Shown: positions 1 to 9,526, counted from the stretch's first letter. The stretch: DNA of 32,000 nucleotides from Synechocystis sp. PCC 6803 substr. PCC-P (GCF_000284455.1 NC_017039.1:3450001-3482000); one strand, 5' to 3'. Notes: a model not told the origin generated them from the letters alone. Made by a program: numbers and translations.

Positions 1-1
1 C

Positions 2-1069
2 CACATTGCCGAAACCCTGACTAAATTAGAAATTCCCCACACCCCAGGCATTGCCAAAACCGGGATTATGGCGACGGTTGACAGCGGTAAGCCGGGACCT
101 GTGCTGGCCATCCGAGCCGATATGGATGCTCTGCCGGTAACGGAAGAAAATGAAGTAGATTACCGTTCCCTCCACCCCGGTAAAATGCACGCCTGTGGCC
201 ACGACGGTCACACGGCGATCGCCTTAGGCACCGCGCAATATTTAGCGGCCCATCGGGATAGTTTTCGGGGCCAGGTAAAATTCTTTTTTCAGCCAGCGGA
301 GGAAGGCCCTGGTGGTGCCAAGCCCATGATTGAAGCGGGGGTGCTGGAAAATCCGGCGGTGGATGCCATTGTCGGTTTACATTTGTGGAATGACCTACCT
401 GTGGGCACGGTGGGCATCAAGCCGGGGCCAGTAATGGCGGCGGTGGAACACTTTGAATGTCAACTGTTCGGCCAAGGAGGCCACGGAGCCATGCCCCACC
501 AAACCGTGGATACCCTGGTGATCAGTGCCCAAATTGTCATGGCTTTGCAAGGTATTGTGGCCCGCAATTTAAATCCCCTCCAGTCTGCTGTGGTTACTGT
601 GGGACAGTTGCAGTCCGGCACTGCTTTTAACGTCATCCCCGACAGCGCCTATTTCCGGGGCACAGTGCGCTACTTTGACCCCAGTTTTGCTGGTTATTTT
701 GCCCAACGCATTGAGGAAATTATCAAGGGCATTTGCCAGAGTCACGGGGCTAATTACCAATTTACCTACGAAAATATTTATCCCCCCGTGGTTAACGATC
801 GCCGTTTGGCGGATTTGGTGCGATCGGCGGCGGCGGATGTATTACTCACCGATGACCATCTCCAACCGGATTACCAAACCCTAGCAGGGGAAGATATGTC
901 ATTTTTTCTCCAGGCAGTGCCAGGTTGTTACTTCTTCCTAGGGTCTGCCAATGGGGATCTTGGTTTGGCCTATCCCCACCACCATCCCCGCTTCAATTTT
1001 GACGAGGCTGTGTTGCCAGTGGGGGTAGAGCTATTTGTCCGTTGCGTGGAAAGGTTCTGCAATGCCTAG
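2..1069 (+). CDS. M20-family amidohydrolase / N-acyl-L-amino acid amidohydrolase (5' end outside window)
   Basis: The frame is open from base 2 (HIAETLTKLEIPHTPGIAKTGIMATVDSG...), so the track start at 68 is internal. Metal-binding motif HACGHDGHT and FFFQPAEEGPGGAKPMIE are typical of M20D peptidases. Confidence 0.93.
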   Translation, partial: HIAETLTKLEIPHTPGIAKTGIMATVDSGKPGPVLAIRADMDALPVTEENEVDYRSLHPGKMHACGHDGHTAIALGTAQYLAAHRDSFRGQVKFFFQPAEEGPGGAKPMIEAGVLENPAVDAIVGLHLWNDLPVGTVGIKPGPVMAAVEHFECQLFGQGGHGAMPHQTVDTLVISAQIVMALQGIVARNLNPLQSAVVTVGQLQSGTAFNVIPDSAYFRGTVRYFDPSFAGYFAQRIEEIIKGICQSHGANYQFTYENIYPPVVNDRRLADLVRSAAADVLLTDDHLQPDYQTLAGEDMSFFLQAVPGCYFFLGSANGDLGLAYPHHHPRFNFDEAVLPVGVELFVRCVERFCNA

Positions 1070-2688
1070 AAGCTGAAGGTGGTACGAATTACCCCCATTA
1101 CCAGGGTGCCATTGGCGTTGTTGTAGTCCGCATTGGGTACCACCACAATACCGGGGGTAATGGAAAGATTGTCACTCACTGCCCACTGGAAAAAGCCTTC
1201 TAGGTGCAAGGAACTGTCAATGTCAGTGGTGGCAATGTCATCGGGGAAGACAATGGAACTACTGCTCACCCAGGGTTGCATACCCACAATAATCCCCGCC
1301 ATATTCCCTTCCTTGATAATGTCGGGGAAAGCCAGGGTCACAGCCCAATTCCAAATATCTAAACTTCCTCTACCAATGCTGGCATCCGCCAGATCTATAG
1401 ATTTGAGGGTGCGGGCCTTAGTAAGGCCTCCCCAACCCCCTAGGACAAAATGGTCGCTCAACTGCCAAGAAAAAGCGGCCCCATAGGCGTTGTGGGAAGT
1501 TTTGGCCGCTTCCCCAAAGGTGGTTTCCGTAAAGTAGCGAAAATTAGAGCGTTGGCTACCGGTGCTAGTGTCCAAGGTGTTATAGCCATAGCTATAGGTT
1601 AAAGCTACGGTCAGATTATCGCTGAAATCATAGTTTACCTGGGCGATCGTGCCAAAACTGCCGTTAAATAATCCTTCTCCCTGGGAAGGATCATTGCCAG
1701 CGGGGGCCAGGTAACCAAGGCTAAGTTGTAATTTATCCCAGGTGCCCTGGAGGGCCGCCCCGGTACCTTCCCCCAAGAAATAGATCGGGCTACGGGTGCC
1801 AAAGGTAGTCAATGCTCCAAAGGCTCCATCCCCGTCTAAAACATTGACTGTATTGGTGAAATCGTCGAAAGCGCCCCCGGCCCCCATGGCCCACAGACGA
1901 ATATTTTCCGTGGCAGGAAAAGTATAGTACAAAACACTATTGCTGAGGTTGCCATCTTCCGGTTCCGTTGCCCCTAACACTGGCTGGAAAGTACCGGCAA
2001 TGGGGCCATAGTCTTCTAAATTGCCACTGGATAGGCGAATGAACAGATCGTCATCTCCCCGAAAGCTAGTATTGAGCTCCAAACGGGTGCGGTAACCCAA
2101 GGTGGTGTTTCTGGTAATTGATTCAGTGCCATTATTTTTGTCGCCGCTGACAATGCCACTCAGGGCCGTCACCACCTGTCCACTTAATTTGGTGGTGGTG
2201 GAAAATTGATGGTCTTCCAGGTAAGCTGTGCGGACTTCCAAATTATCAACCCGGGCCCCCAGGGCGGCCAATTCCCCCTGAAACTCCTGGGCTAAGCGCT
2301 TCAACTTATCAACGTCTTCCCGTAAAACCGCTACGTTCTCCTGGATTAACCGCTCCATGACGTTCATGCAGGCATTTAGTCCCGCAGCAAATTCCCAACG
2401 GGATAGGGCTCCATCGCCGCGAAAAGTGCGGTCAGGATAACCAACAATGCAACCGTAGCGCTCCACTAAACTTTTGAGTGCTTCGTAGGCCCAGGCGGTG
2501 GGCTGCACATCCCTAAGCTCCGACACGGAAGTGATCTGTCCCATGGGGTTGGAGTCCATCTCTTCCACGGATTGACCGAACTGCAAAGGTTCAATTTTGC
2601 CCCCTGGTTCGGCTAAAGCTTCCCCCCCTCCCCCGGCGATCGCCATCAGGGCACCCAAACCCCACACTAGTGACAGTTTTCTTAACAT
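1066..2688 (-). CDS. SLH-domain + OprB-type cyanobacterial outer-membrane porin (iron-uptake porin type)
   Basis: Signal peptide MLRKLSLVWGLGALMAIAGGGGEALA, SLH segment (LKSLVERYGCIVGYPDRTFRGDGALSRWEFAAGLNACM), coiled coil, then beta-barrel ending in F. ATG at 2688 is preceded by AGGA; the track's 2700 start is an upstream GTG. Confidence 0.9.
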   Translation of the reverse strand: MLRKLSLVWGLGALMAIAGGGGEALAEPGGKIEPLQFGQSVEEMDSNPMGQITSVSELRDVQPTAWAYEALKSLVERYGCIVGYPDRTFRGDGALSRWEFAAGLNACMNVMERLIQENVAVLREDVDKLKRLAQEFQGELAALGARVDNLEVRTAYLEDHQFSTTTKLSGQVVTALSGIVSGDKNNGTESITRNTTLGYRTRLELNTSFRGDDDLFIRLSSGNLEDYGPIAGTFQPVLGATEPEDGNLSNSVLYYTFPATENIRLWAMGAGGAFDDFTNTVNVLDGDGAFGALTTFGTRSPIYFLGEGTGAALQGTWDKLQLSLGYLAPAGNDPSQGEGLFNGSFGTIAQVNYDFSDNLTVALTYSYGYNTLDTSTGSQRSNFRYFTETTFGEAAKTSHNAYGAAFSWQLSDHFVLGGWGGLTKARTLKSIDLADASIGRGSLDIWNWAVTLAFPDIIKEGNMAGIIVGMQPWVSSSSIVFPDDIATTDIDSSLHLEGFFQWAVSDNLSITPGIVVVPNADYNNANGTLVMGVIRTTFSF

Positions 2689-2797
2689 AGGAGTCCTCAC
2701 ACCCTAGGAATTAGCCAACAAATTATCGAGAATATAGGCAACAGCCAAGGGAAAAACAATGCCCTTCCTCCCCATGGCCATCACGGGCAAACTTCTA

Positions 2798-2816
2798 AAT
2801 AATGATAATCATTATC
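2798..2816 (-). promoter_or_regulatory. Fur box upstream of the porin gene
   Basis: AATAATGATAATCATTATC matches the classical consensus GATAATGATAATCATTATC at 18 of 19 positions and lies about 110 bp upstream of the porin ATG. Confidence 0.85.
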
Positions 2817-2881
2817 ATAGCATGGGCTTTTCTGGAATTTTTTAGATAGATGGTTTCACCAAGCCGATTACTTCCTAATCC

Positions 2882-3604
2882 TTACTGGCCAAGCTCTAAC
2901 CACTCTTCCGCCCGTACATTAGCCACCAACGTAAACTGATCACCACCTAGGGGCTTAACCACATAGGCCATGCCCTGGGGATCGGGATAAATTCCAGTTG
3001 CCGCCTCAAATAGATCGTCATGGCCAACAACAACATTATTAGTTCCAGGGGCAGGAATTTCGGTTAAAAATGGCATTAACAACGCTTTCATTTGGGCAAT
3101 TTGTTCTGGGCTATAGTCTTCCGCTTTGGGAAAATTAAGGTCGCCATTTTTTTCGTATCGTCCAAAGGCTAAATCCGCTGTTTGCCAGGCTCGACAATAT
3201 TGACTGGAAAAAACTTTGTCGTAGGGAATGGCGTATTTTTTGAATGCTTCACCGATCGCCTTGGCCTGTTGCCAACCGACCTCGCTTAAAGTCCTTTGGG
3301 TGGCGCAGTTACCCATTTCCGCTGTGACTTGGTCAGCATAATCCTTTTCTGTTTGGCCATGGCGAATGTAAATGACATACCCTCCCTGACGTAATGCTTC
3401 TAGCAAATCTTTCTTATTTAACTTGTCCTGAAAATCACGGTTAGCCTGTTCTCCTGGGGTCATTTCTTGCGCCGCAACCTTGGCTAGCTCTAGGTTTAGA
3501 CCGCTAATTAAGCTGGGATTATTGGGGGAAAAGGAAACTTCCATGGATTGCACCCACAACATAACCCCAAATAATAGCAACCGGTTAGCCCATTTCATCA
3601 GCAA
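2882..3604 (-). CDS. Secreted/periplasmic histidine phosphatase family protein
   Basis: N-terminal hydrophobic signal-like segment, RHG motif (YVIYIRHGQTEKDY), downstream NNVVVGHDD. Confidence 0.85.
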   Translation of the reverse strand: MLMKWANRLLLFGVMLWVQSMEVSFSPNNPSLISGLNLELAKVAAQEMTPGEQANRDFQDKLNKKDLLEALRQGGYVIYIRHGQTEKDYADQVTAEMGNCATQRTLSEVGWQQAKAIGEAFKKYAIPYDKVFSSQYCRAWQTADLAFGRYEKNGDLNFPKAEDYSPEQIAQMKALLMPFLTEIPAPGTNNVVVGHDDLFEAATGIYPDPQGMAYVVKPLGGDQFTLVANVRAEEWLELGQ

Positions 3605-4102
3605 GCTCCTTAATAAAAATAATTTTCATTTAATCCCGGCAATTATCCTAGGGCTAAATAGGAGTTACTGTCAATAGACGAAAAAATGAACGGGTGAAAT
3701 GCCCCTAGCAACCGAAGGCTTCAGTCCGCACCTTTTGAAGATTGACCAACGGCGATCGGACAACTTCAGGCAGGCAGGGGGCATTATTTGAATATTGCAA
3801 ACATCGTCTTTTGCTCTATGGTTTTAATTTGCCCAGACCATGAAAAGCGAACTGGGGCAGATTGAAGAGGATTATAAAAAGAGAAAAAATTTGGCTCGTG
3901 GGGAAAATTCCATCCAAAGAAAGCCTCCAAAGTAGAGATCCCAGGCGGAAAAGCCGCTGTTGAGTGGAGGTCAATAAAACTTAATGAATTTTTTTAAAGC
4001 TAAAAGCCATTTTCCTCGCAAAACGTCCCCCCGTGCGTAAAATGGGGACTAAAGTTTTGTCACGTCCCTGACGAAATTCTTTAATAGGAGAACTCAATAC
4101 CA

Positions 4103-4576
4103 ATGGCTGAATCTAACCAAGTTGTACAAGCCTATAACGGCGATCCTTTTGTGGGGCATCTTTCCACCCCCATTTCCGACTCCGCTTTCACCCGCACTTT
4201 TATCGGCAATTTGCCCGCCTATCGCAAAGGCCTTTCCCCCATCCTCAGAGGTTTGGAAGTGGGCATGGCCCACGGTTACTTCTTGATTGGCCCCTGGACC
4301 CTGCTGGGCCCGCTGCGGGATTCTGAGTACCAGTACATTGGTGGTCTGATCGGAGCTTTGGCTTTGATCCTGGTGGCTACCGCTGCTCTTAGTAGCTATG
4401 GACTGGTTACCTTCCAAGGGGAACAGGGTTCCGGCGACACTCTGCAAACAGCCGATGGTTGGAGCCAATTTGCTGCTGGCTTTTTTGTGGGTGGCATGGG
4501 AGGTGCCTTTGTGGCTTACTTCCTGTTGGAAAACCTCAGCGTTGTGGATGGGATTTTCCGGGGTCTATTTAACTAA
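4103..4576 (+). CDS. psaL: Photosystem I reaction centre subunit XI (PsaL)
   Basis: MAESNQVVQAYNGDPFVGHLSTPISDSAFTRTFIGNLPAYRKGLSPILRGLEVGMAHGYFLIGPW is the conserved PsaL sequence; AGGAG upstream at about 4088. Confidence 0.99.
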   Translation: MAESNQVVQAYNGDPFVGHLSTPISDSAFTRTFIGNLPAYRKGLSPILRGLEVGMAHGYFLIGPWTLLGPLRDSEYQYIGGLIGALALILVATAALSSYGLVTFQGEQGSGDTLQTADGWSQFAAGFFVGGMGGAFVAYFLLENLSVVDGIFRGLFN

Positions 4577-4666
4577 ATAACCTTATAACCTTTAAACTGT
4601 TTCAATTTTGCCGTTGCCACGACGGCCTGAGCTTACAATCATCCAATTAATAAGGAGTATTAACTA

Positions 4667-4789
4667 ATGGACGGTTCCTACGCTGCATCTTACCTGCCTT
4701 GGATTTTGATTCCTATGGTGGGTTGGTTATTTCCCGCTGTGACCATGGGGTTGCTTTTCATTCACATTGAGAGTGAAGGCGAAGGTTAG
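4667..4789 (+). CDS. psaI: Photosystem I reaction centre subunit VIII (PsaI), 40 aa, missing from the ORF track
   Basis: ATG at 4667 with AAGGAG upstream translates to [40 protein letters not shown]-stop, a typical PsaI. Confidence 0.97.
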   Translation: MDGSYAASYLPWILIPMVGWLFPAVTMGLLFIHIESEGEG

Positions 4790-4973
4790 GCTGGAAAGGT
4801 TTGAAGACTAATGGTCTTTTAATTGAAAATGTCTAACCATCTTTGGGTGGGTCAGGATTCCTCCGTTATGCGGGGGATTGGACATTTTGATTTGTTACTC
4901 CGCCAGCGGGTGGGGTATTTTTTTTGTGGGCTTATCAAAGGCTTGTGTAGTTTTTAACGGATATTTGGGCAAG

Positions 4974-6041
4974 ATGACTGAACCGATTCGTTTACTAATT
5001 GCCGCCAGTGGCACGGGGGGGCATCTTTTTCCGGCTTTGGCCCTGGCCCAGCAGTTGCCGGACTATGAAATTATCTGGTTGGGGGTGCCCGATCGCCTGG
5101 AGACGACCTTGGTACCCCGGCAATATCCTTTGCAAACGATCCCGGTGGAAGGTTTCCAGGGACGGCCCAGCTTAAAAACAATCAAGATTGGCTGGAATTT
5201 ATTACGGTCAGTATTCACGGTTAGAAAACTGATTAAGAGCAAAAAAATTAATGCTGTGGCGACCACAGGGGGTTATATTGCCGCTCCGGCCATTGTGGCA
5301 GCTAAATTATGCAACATTCCGGTAATTTTCCACGAATCTAACTTTATTCCCGGTAAAGTAACCACTTGGTTGGGCCGTTGGTGCGACACAGTGGCGATCG
5401 GTTTCCGGGGCACAGCCAAATATCTGCCCAATTGTGCAACGGTTTGGATTAGCACCCCCGTGCGGGAGCAATTTCGTCAGCCCCAGTCTTTGGATTTGCC
5501 CATTCCCCCAAACAGAAGCTTAATTGTGGTGGCAGGAGGTTCTCAGGGAGCAGTGACAGTCAATCAACAAGTTCGTAGTTGTGTGCCTGCTTGGGTAAAT
5601 GCGGGGGCCTTTATTGTCCATTTGACCGGCAAGAACGATCCGGAAGCGGCCACCTTTAGCCATGACCATTATTTATCCCTGGAATTTTTCGATAATATGG
5701 CGGCCCTGTTGCAAAAGGCGGATTTAGCCATTAGCAGAGCCGGAGCGGGCACCCTAACCGAATTGGCTGTCACCCAGACCCCCTCCATTTTAATTCCCTA
5801 TCCCTTTGCGGCGGAAAATCATCAGATGTATAACGCCCAGGTGTTTGTTGATGCCGGGGCCGCCCTAATGTTTGCCCAAAAATCCCTGACGGCGGAACAG
5901 TTGGAACAAGCTGGGCTAGACCTGCTCCAGAGTCCAGAAAATTTGGCTACCATGGCCAAAGCTGCTGGCACATTGGCTGACCTCGATAGTGCAGAACAGT
6001 TAGCGGCGATCGTCCGGGCATCAGTGGAAAAATCCCGCTGA
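4974..6041 (+). CDS. murG: UDP-N-acetylglucosamine--N-acetylmuramyl-(pentapeptide) pyrophosphoryl-undecaprenol N-acetylglucosamine transferase
   Basis: MTEPIRLLIAASGTGGHLFPALALAQQL (GTGGH) and ISRAGAGTLTELAVTQTPSILIPYPFAAENHQ are GT28/MurG signatures. The ORF opens at 4878, but the conserved N-terminus starts at ATG 4974. Confidence 0.95.
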   Translation: MTEPIRLLIAASGTGGHLFPALALAQQLPDYEIIWLGVPDRLETTLVPRQYPLQTIPVEGFQGRPSLKTIKIGWNLLRSVFTVRKLIKSKKINAVATTGGYIAAPAIVAAKLCNIPVIFHESNFIPGKVTTWLGRWCDTVAIGFRGTAKYLPNCATVWISTPVREQFRQPQSLDLPIPPNRSLIVVAGGSQGAVTVNQQVRSCVPAWVNAGAFIVHLTGKNDPEAATFSHDHYLSLEFFDNMAALLQKADLAISRAGAGTLTELAVTQTPSILIPYPFAAENHQMYNAQVFVDAGAALMFAQKSLTAEQLEQAGLDLLQSPENLATMAKAAGTLADLDSAEQLAAIVRASVEKSR

Positions 6042-6424
6042 CATTGACCCAGCCTGCTGCAACGTAGTCACTGGGTTCATCCAAAAGACTGTTGTAAAAT
6101 CCAACCTAATTTTCCCCAAGCTTGGGGGAAACTCGGGAAAGGTTTCCTAGTCAGTCGATTTAAGGGCAAACCCGAACTTTGCCAACACCTCCCAAATCAA
6201 GATAAAACTTGATCACTATTTTTAGTTTGTGAATCTATGGGAAAAACAATGCCAGCTCCGTTTCCCTGCCCCAACTAAGCAGAGGATAATTAAACACCAA
6301 TCTAGGGAAAATAGTCCTGGGTAAGCAGTCATTCCTAACCAAGTGAGTTACATTGAATAACCTAGGTAAGTAAATAAACTCACTCAAAAATTTCCGGATC
6401 CTATCCCCGTCTTCGCTCCCCACT

Positions 6425-7252
6425 ATGACTACGACAGAATTAACGGCGGCCACCCTAACTCAACTTCAGCAAGAAATTAATCGGTTACAACGGGAAAATG
6501 ATGATCTCCACATTGCCTTGACCACGATCGCCGAACATGGGGACATGATCGAGTCATTGCTGAATGAAACCAATGTCAAGCTCAGAAGCGAAATCCTGGA
6601 ACGACAGCGGGCAGAGGCGAAGTTACAAAATATTCTCAGTTTAATTTCCCGGGAAAAGGAAGACCTAGAAATTATTGTGGAAACCATCATGCAACATGGG
6701 GACGTGGTGGATGCCCAATGGCGACAAAAACTAGGGGAAACCGCAGAGTTACTTAACCTCGATAGCCTCACCCAGGTTTCCAACCGCCGCCATTTTGACC
6801 TCCATCTGGCCCAACAATGGGAACGGGCCATGGATAGCCAAGAGGCGATCGCCCTGATTTTATGTGATATCGACCATTTCAAACAATTCAACGACTTCTA
6901 CGGCCACCTCAGTGGGGATGACTGTTTGCGGCGCATTGCCAAAACCCTCAGTGCCACCCTCCGCAACCCGTTTGATCTTTTTGCTCGCTACGGTGGTGAA
7001 GAATTTGGTGTAATTTTGCCCCAGGTGACCAGTGAAGCTGCCCAGCAGATTGCTAAACGGATGCAGGCCTCTCTGACAATGCTAGAAATTCCCCATCACC
7101 ATTCCCCCACTAGCGAATTCGTCACCATGTCCTTTGGCATCGGTCGCCTGTATCCCCAGCCGGGACAACTCCCCCTAGACCTAATTGCCCAAGCGGACGA
7201 AAATCTTTACAAGGCGAAACGCCAGGGCCGGAACTGCATTTTCGGCCATTGA
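6425..7252 (+). CDS. Diguanylate cyclase (coiled coil + GGDEF domain)
   Basis: Signature LTQVSNRRHFD...ILCDIDHFKQFNDFYGHLSGDDCLRRIAKTL...FARYGGEEFGVILP...VTMSFGIG. N-terminal heptad-like region without TM segments. Confidence 0.93.
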   Translation: MTTTELTAATLTQLQQEINRLQRENDDLHIALTTIAEHGDMIESLLNETNVKLRSEILERQRAEAKLQNILSLISREKEDLEIIVETIMQHGDVVDAQWRQKLGETAELLNLDSLTQVSNRRHFDLHLAQQWERAMDSQEAIALILCDIDHFKQFNDFYGHLSGDDCLRRIAKTLSATLRNPFDLFARYGGEEFGVILPQVTSEAAQQIAKRMQASLTMLEIPHHHSPTSEFVTMSFGIGRLYPQPGQLPLDLIAQADENLYKAKRQGRNCIFGH

Positions 7253-7294
7253 TTTTTCGAATAAACCAAGTGAGCTAGTCCCATAGACATAACC

Positions 7295-7894
7295 ATGAGC
7301 ACTGACCAAACCAACGTCAGACAATGGGGAGAGTTCCTCGATCCCATTCCCCCCAGCGACGAATTTCTGACCCTAAACTTTTCCCTCGACCGGGTAAATC
7401 GTTTACAACGCTGGCGCAACTATGGCCTGTCAGCAGACTTTTTGGGGGACTACTTTGCCACCTTTTTTCCCGGCAACGGAGCAGACGACGGCCTTAGTCA
7501 GCGGGACACCATCAAAGGCTCCGTCAGTTATATTGCCAACGAATTGTTGGAAAACGCCGTTAAATACAGCACCACCGACCATGATTGTCCCATCACCATT
7601 ACTCTCCATCTCTACGACCATAAATTAATTTTTGAGACCAGTAATATTTCTCCCCTGCCAACCACCATTGACTATGAGAATTTCATCAAAGTGCTATTAG
7701 AGGCAGATCCGCTGGAGCTATACATGGAACGACTAGAAAAATCCGCCCTGGAAGATTGCGAAGCGTCCCAGATCGGCTTGTTGACTATGATTAACGATTA
7801 CCAAGCTCAGTTTGGTTGGCGATTTGTCCCGGTTTCCGGTTCCGAGGATTTGATCAAAGTTACGGTGATGACTCACTTGGGTGTCGAAATTTGA
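7295..7894 (+). CDS. slr1658-superfamily / SiaB-like (DUF6272-type) regulator with GHKL-like N-box
   Basis: SVSYIANELLENAVKYSTTDHDCPITITLHLYDHKLIFETSNI resembles the N-box of SiaB/GHKL-type anti-sigma kinases; position next to an slr1659-like gene. Confidence 0.7.
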   Translation: MSTDQTNVRQWGEFLDPIPPSDEFLTLNFSLDRVNRLQRWRNYGLSADFLGDYFATFFPGNGADDGLSQRDTIKGSVSYIANELLENAVKYSTTDHDCPITITLHLYDHKLIFETSNISPLPTTIDYENFIKVLLEADPLELYMERLEKSALEDCEASQIGLLTMINDYQAQFGWRFVPVSGSEDLIKVTVMTHLGVEI

Positions 7895-7956
7895 GCAGTG
7901 GTAGCTAAGAAAAAATTATTCTCCCCAAATCCCTAATTTTATTGCGACCTATTCCC

Positions 7957-8298
7957 ATGGAAATAACCACTGAAGACTATCGGATTTACTTTGAAGAGGC
8001 CAACAAGACCCTTTACTTTCGGGGCTTTTTGCGGTTGGAAGGCATGAAGGAATATCAGCCCATTATGAACACCATGCTGGAGATTTTGTCTGATTGTAGT
8101 GAGCTGATCATTAACTTAGAGGGGTTAGAATTTCTCAATAGTTCCGGCATCAGCATGCTGTCTATGTTTGTGATGAAGGTGCGGGGTAAGGAAGACACCA
8201 GCCTAGTTTTTAAGGGTTCTAAAAACATTCTCTGGCAAATGAAATCCTTGAGAAACCTCCAACGACTGATGCCTGATTTAACCTTGGAATTCGTCTAA
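7957..8298 (+). CDS. slr1659-superfamily / STAS-like (anti-sigma-factor-antagonist-like, SiaC-like) protein
   Basis: INLEGLEFLNSSGISMLSMFVMKVRG is STAS-like with a candidate phosphoacceptor serine in NSSG. ATG at 7957; the track's 7942 start is a TTG. Confidence 0.75.
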   Translation: MEITTEDYRIYFEEANKTLYFRGFLRLEGMKEYQPIMNTMLEILSDCSELIINLEGLEFLNSSGISMLSMFVMKVRGKEDTSLVFKGSKNILWQMKSLRNLQRLMPDLTLEFV

Positions 8299-8487
8299 AA
8301 TTCTCGATGGGAAACGTGGCTAGGTTAATATTCCCTCTCTTGATCTACTGGTGTTGGGAATGGCAAGCCATCGGACAATTTTCCCCCTCTTGGTTGTGGT
8401 TGACCCAAAGCTCACCCCAGGTTTTTACCGGCTGAAATAGTTCTGCCAAAGCTAGACTAGGAAACTCCACCTTCTCAATTTCTCCCT

Positions 8488-9066
8488 ATGGCCCGCAGAC
8501 CCCCACCCCGTTACACTCCTCCTCCCCGTCCCAGCTATGATCGGGATTATGGGCCCCCGCCGGGAAAAGCCCCTGGTAAGTTCAGCCTGGGGGCCATCAA
8601 CTATGGCACGATCGCCTTATTAGCGGGAATTTTTGTTTTGGGCATTGGGGTAGGCATTGGTTTTAGTTCCACCGCTAGCTTTAGTCCGGAAAATGTGGCT
8701 TCCAGGGAAGTGATTGACCGCAGTGCCCCCAACGCTGAAGTGTGTGTACAGTTTGGCTCCAGCGCCATTGTCACCGATATGCGGGTGTTTGTGACCCTGA
8801 ATCCCTTTAATGTATTTGTCACCCAACCAGTGATGCAACCGGGCTGTGTGTTGCGCCGCAATAACTGGAGCATTTTAGAGCGGGAAAAATTGGTGGACAG
8901 CCGTCAGGTCAATGATTGCAAAAATCGGATGAATACCTTTGGTTTCACCGGGCCTCTGGAAGGTAATCCTCGCATTGATTGTATTTACCAAAATGAAGCG
9001 GCTGGGAATTTATTCACCAATCAACCGGGGGCAGTGGGGCCCAGGCCAGCTACGGATAAGTTTTAG
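8488..9066 (+). CDS. DUF3172-family single-TM protein with proline-rich N-terminus
   Basis: MARRPPPRYTPPPRPSYDRDYGPPPG, then one TM segment (TIALLAGIFVLGIGVGIGF), then a conserved cysteine-containing domain widespread in cyanobacteria. Confidence 0.75.
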   Translation: MARRPPPRYTPPPRPSYDRDYGPPPGKAPGKFSLGAINYGTIALLAGIFVLGIGVGIGFSSTASFSPENVASREVIDRSAPNAEVCVQFGSSAIVTDMRVFVTLNPFNVFVTQPVMQPGCVLRRNNWSILEREKLVDSRQVNDCKNRMNTFGFTGPLEGNPRIDCIYQNEAAGNLFTNQPGAVGPRPATDKF

Positions 9067-9526
9067 CTCCTGGATCCGTTTGAAGAGTTGTCCTAGGTTA
9101 TGGGGCCAATCGGGACTTTGCCGACATTCTTGCATTTCAAGTGTGGACCACCACTTCAACTTGATCCCGCAGGACAATTCCCCCCTGGACTGCTTGCTGA
9201 ACTATAGGTAAAAGCTGATCGATTTTCCCACGGCGATCGATAAAGGCGGGCACTATTGCCAGCCAAAATTTGTTTTGGTCGCTCCCTTGGGTTTTCCATT
9301 CCCGGTGGATCTGCCCACTGGATTACATGGAGGATTAGGACCCTGGCATCATTCCGCCGGCAATAATGCCTTGGGGCGAGATTGCACTGCTCTTAGAACT
9401 GCCTGTATCGTGGCTTTAGCAGAATTGACATTGGTTGTTTTTGCTGCAGAAAAAGTTAAGCTAAATTTGCCAGAAGATTATTAATAAGAGTTAGTAAATT
9501 TGCCAAACAATCTAATTAATCAAAAT

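Noticed and set aside
4094-4468. 124-aa ORF antisense to psaL
   Set aside because: Shadow of the highly conserved psaL coding frame; low-complexity Q/S-rich composition and no ribosome-binding context.
4805-4820. AAGAC-TAATG-GTCTTTT hairpin considered as terminator after psaI
   Set aside because: A stem of only 5 bp, A/T-rich, with a very short T tract; too weak to call.
6466-6891. 141-aa minus-strand ORF overlapping the GGDEF gene
   Set aside because: Antisense to a clear domain-bearing gene; Ser/Arg-rich shadow translation.
9275-9484. 69-aa ORF downstream of the DUF3172 gene
   Set aside because: No family, weak start context, and intergenic-type composition; insufficient support.
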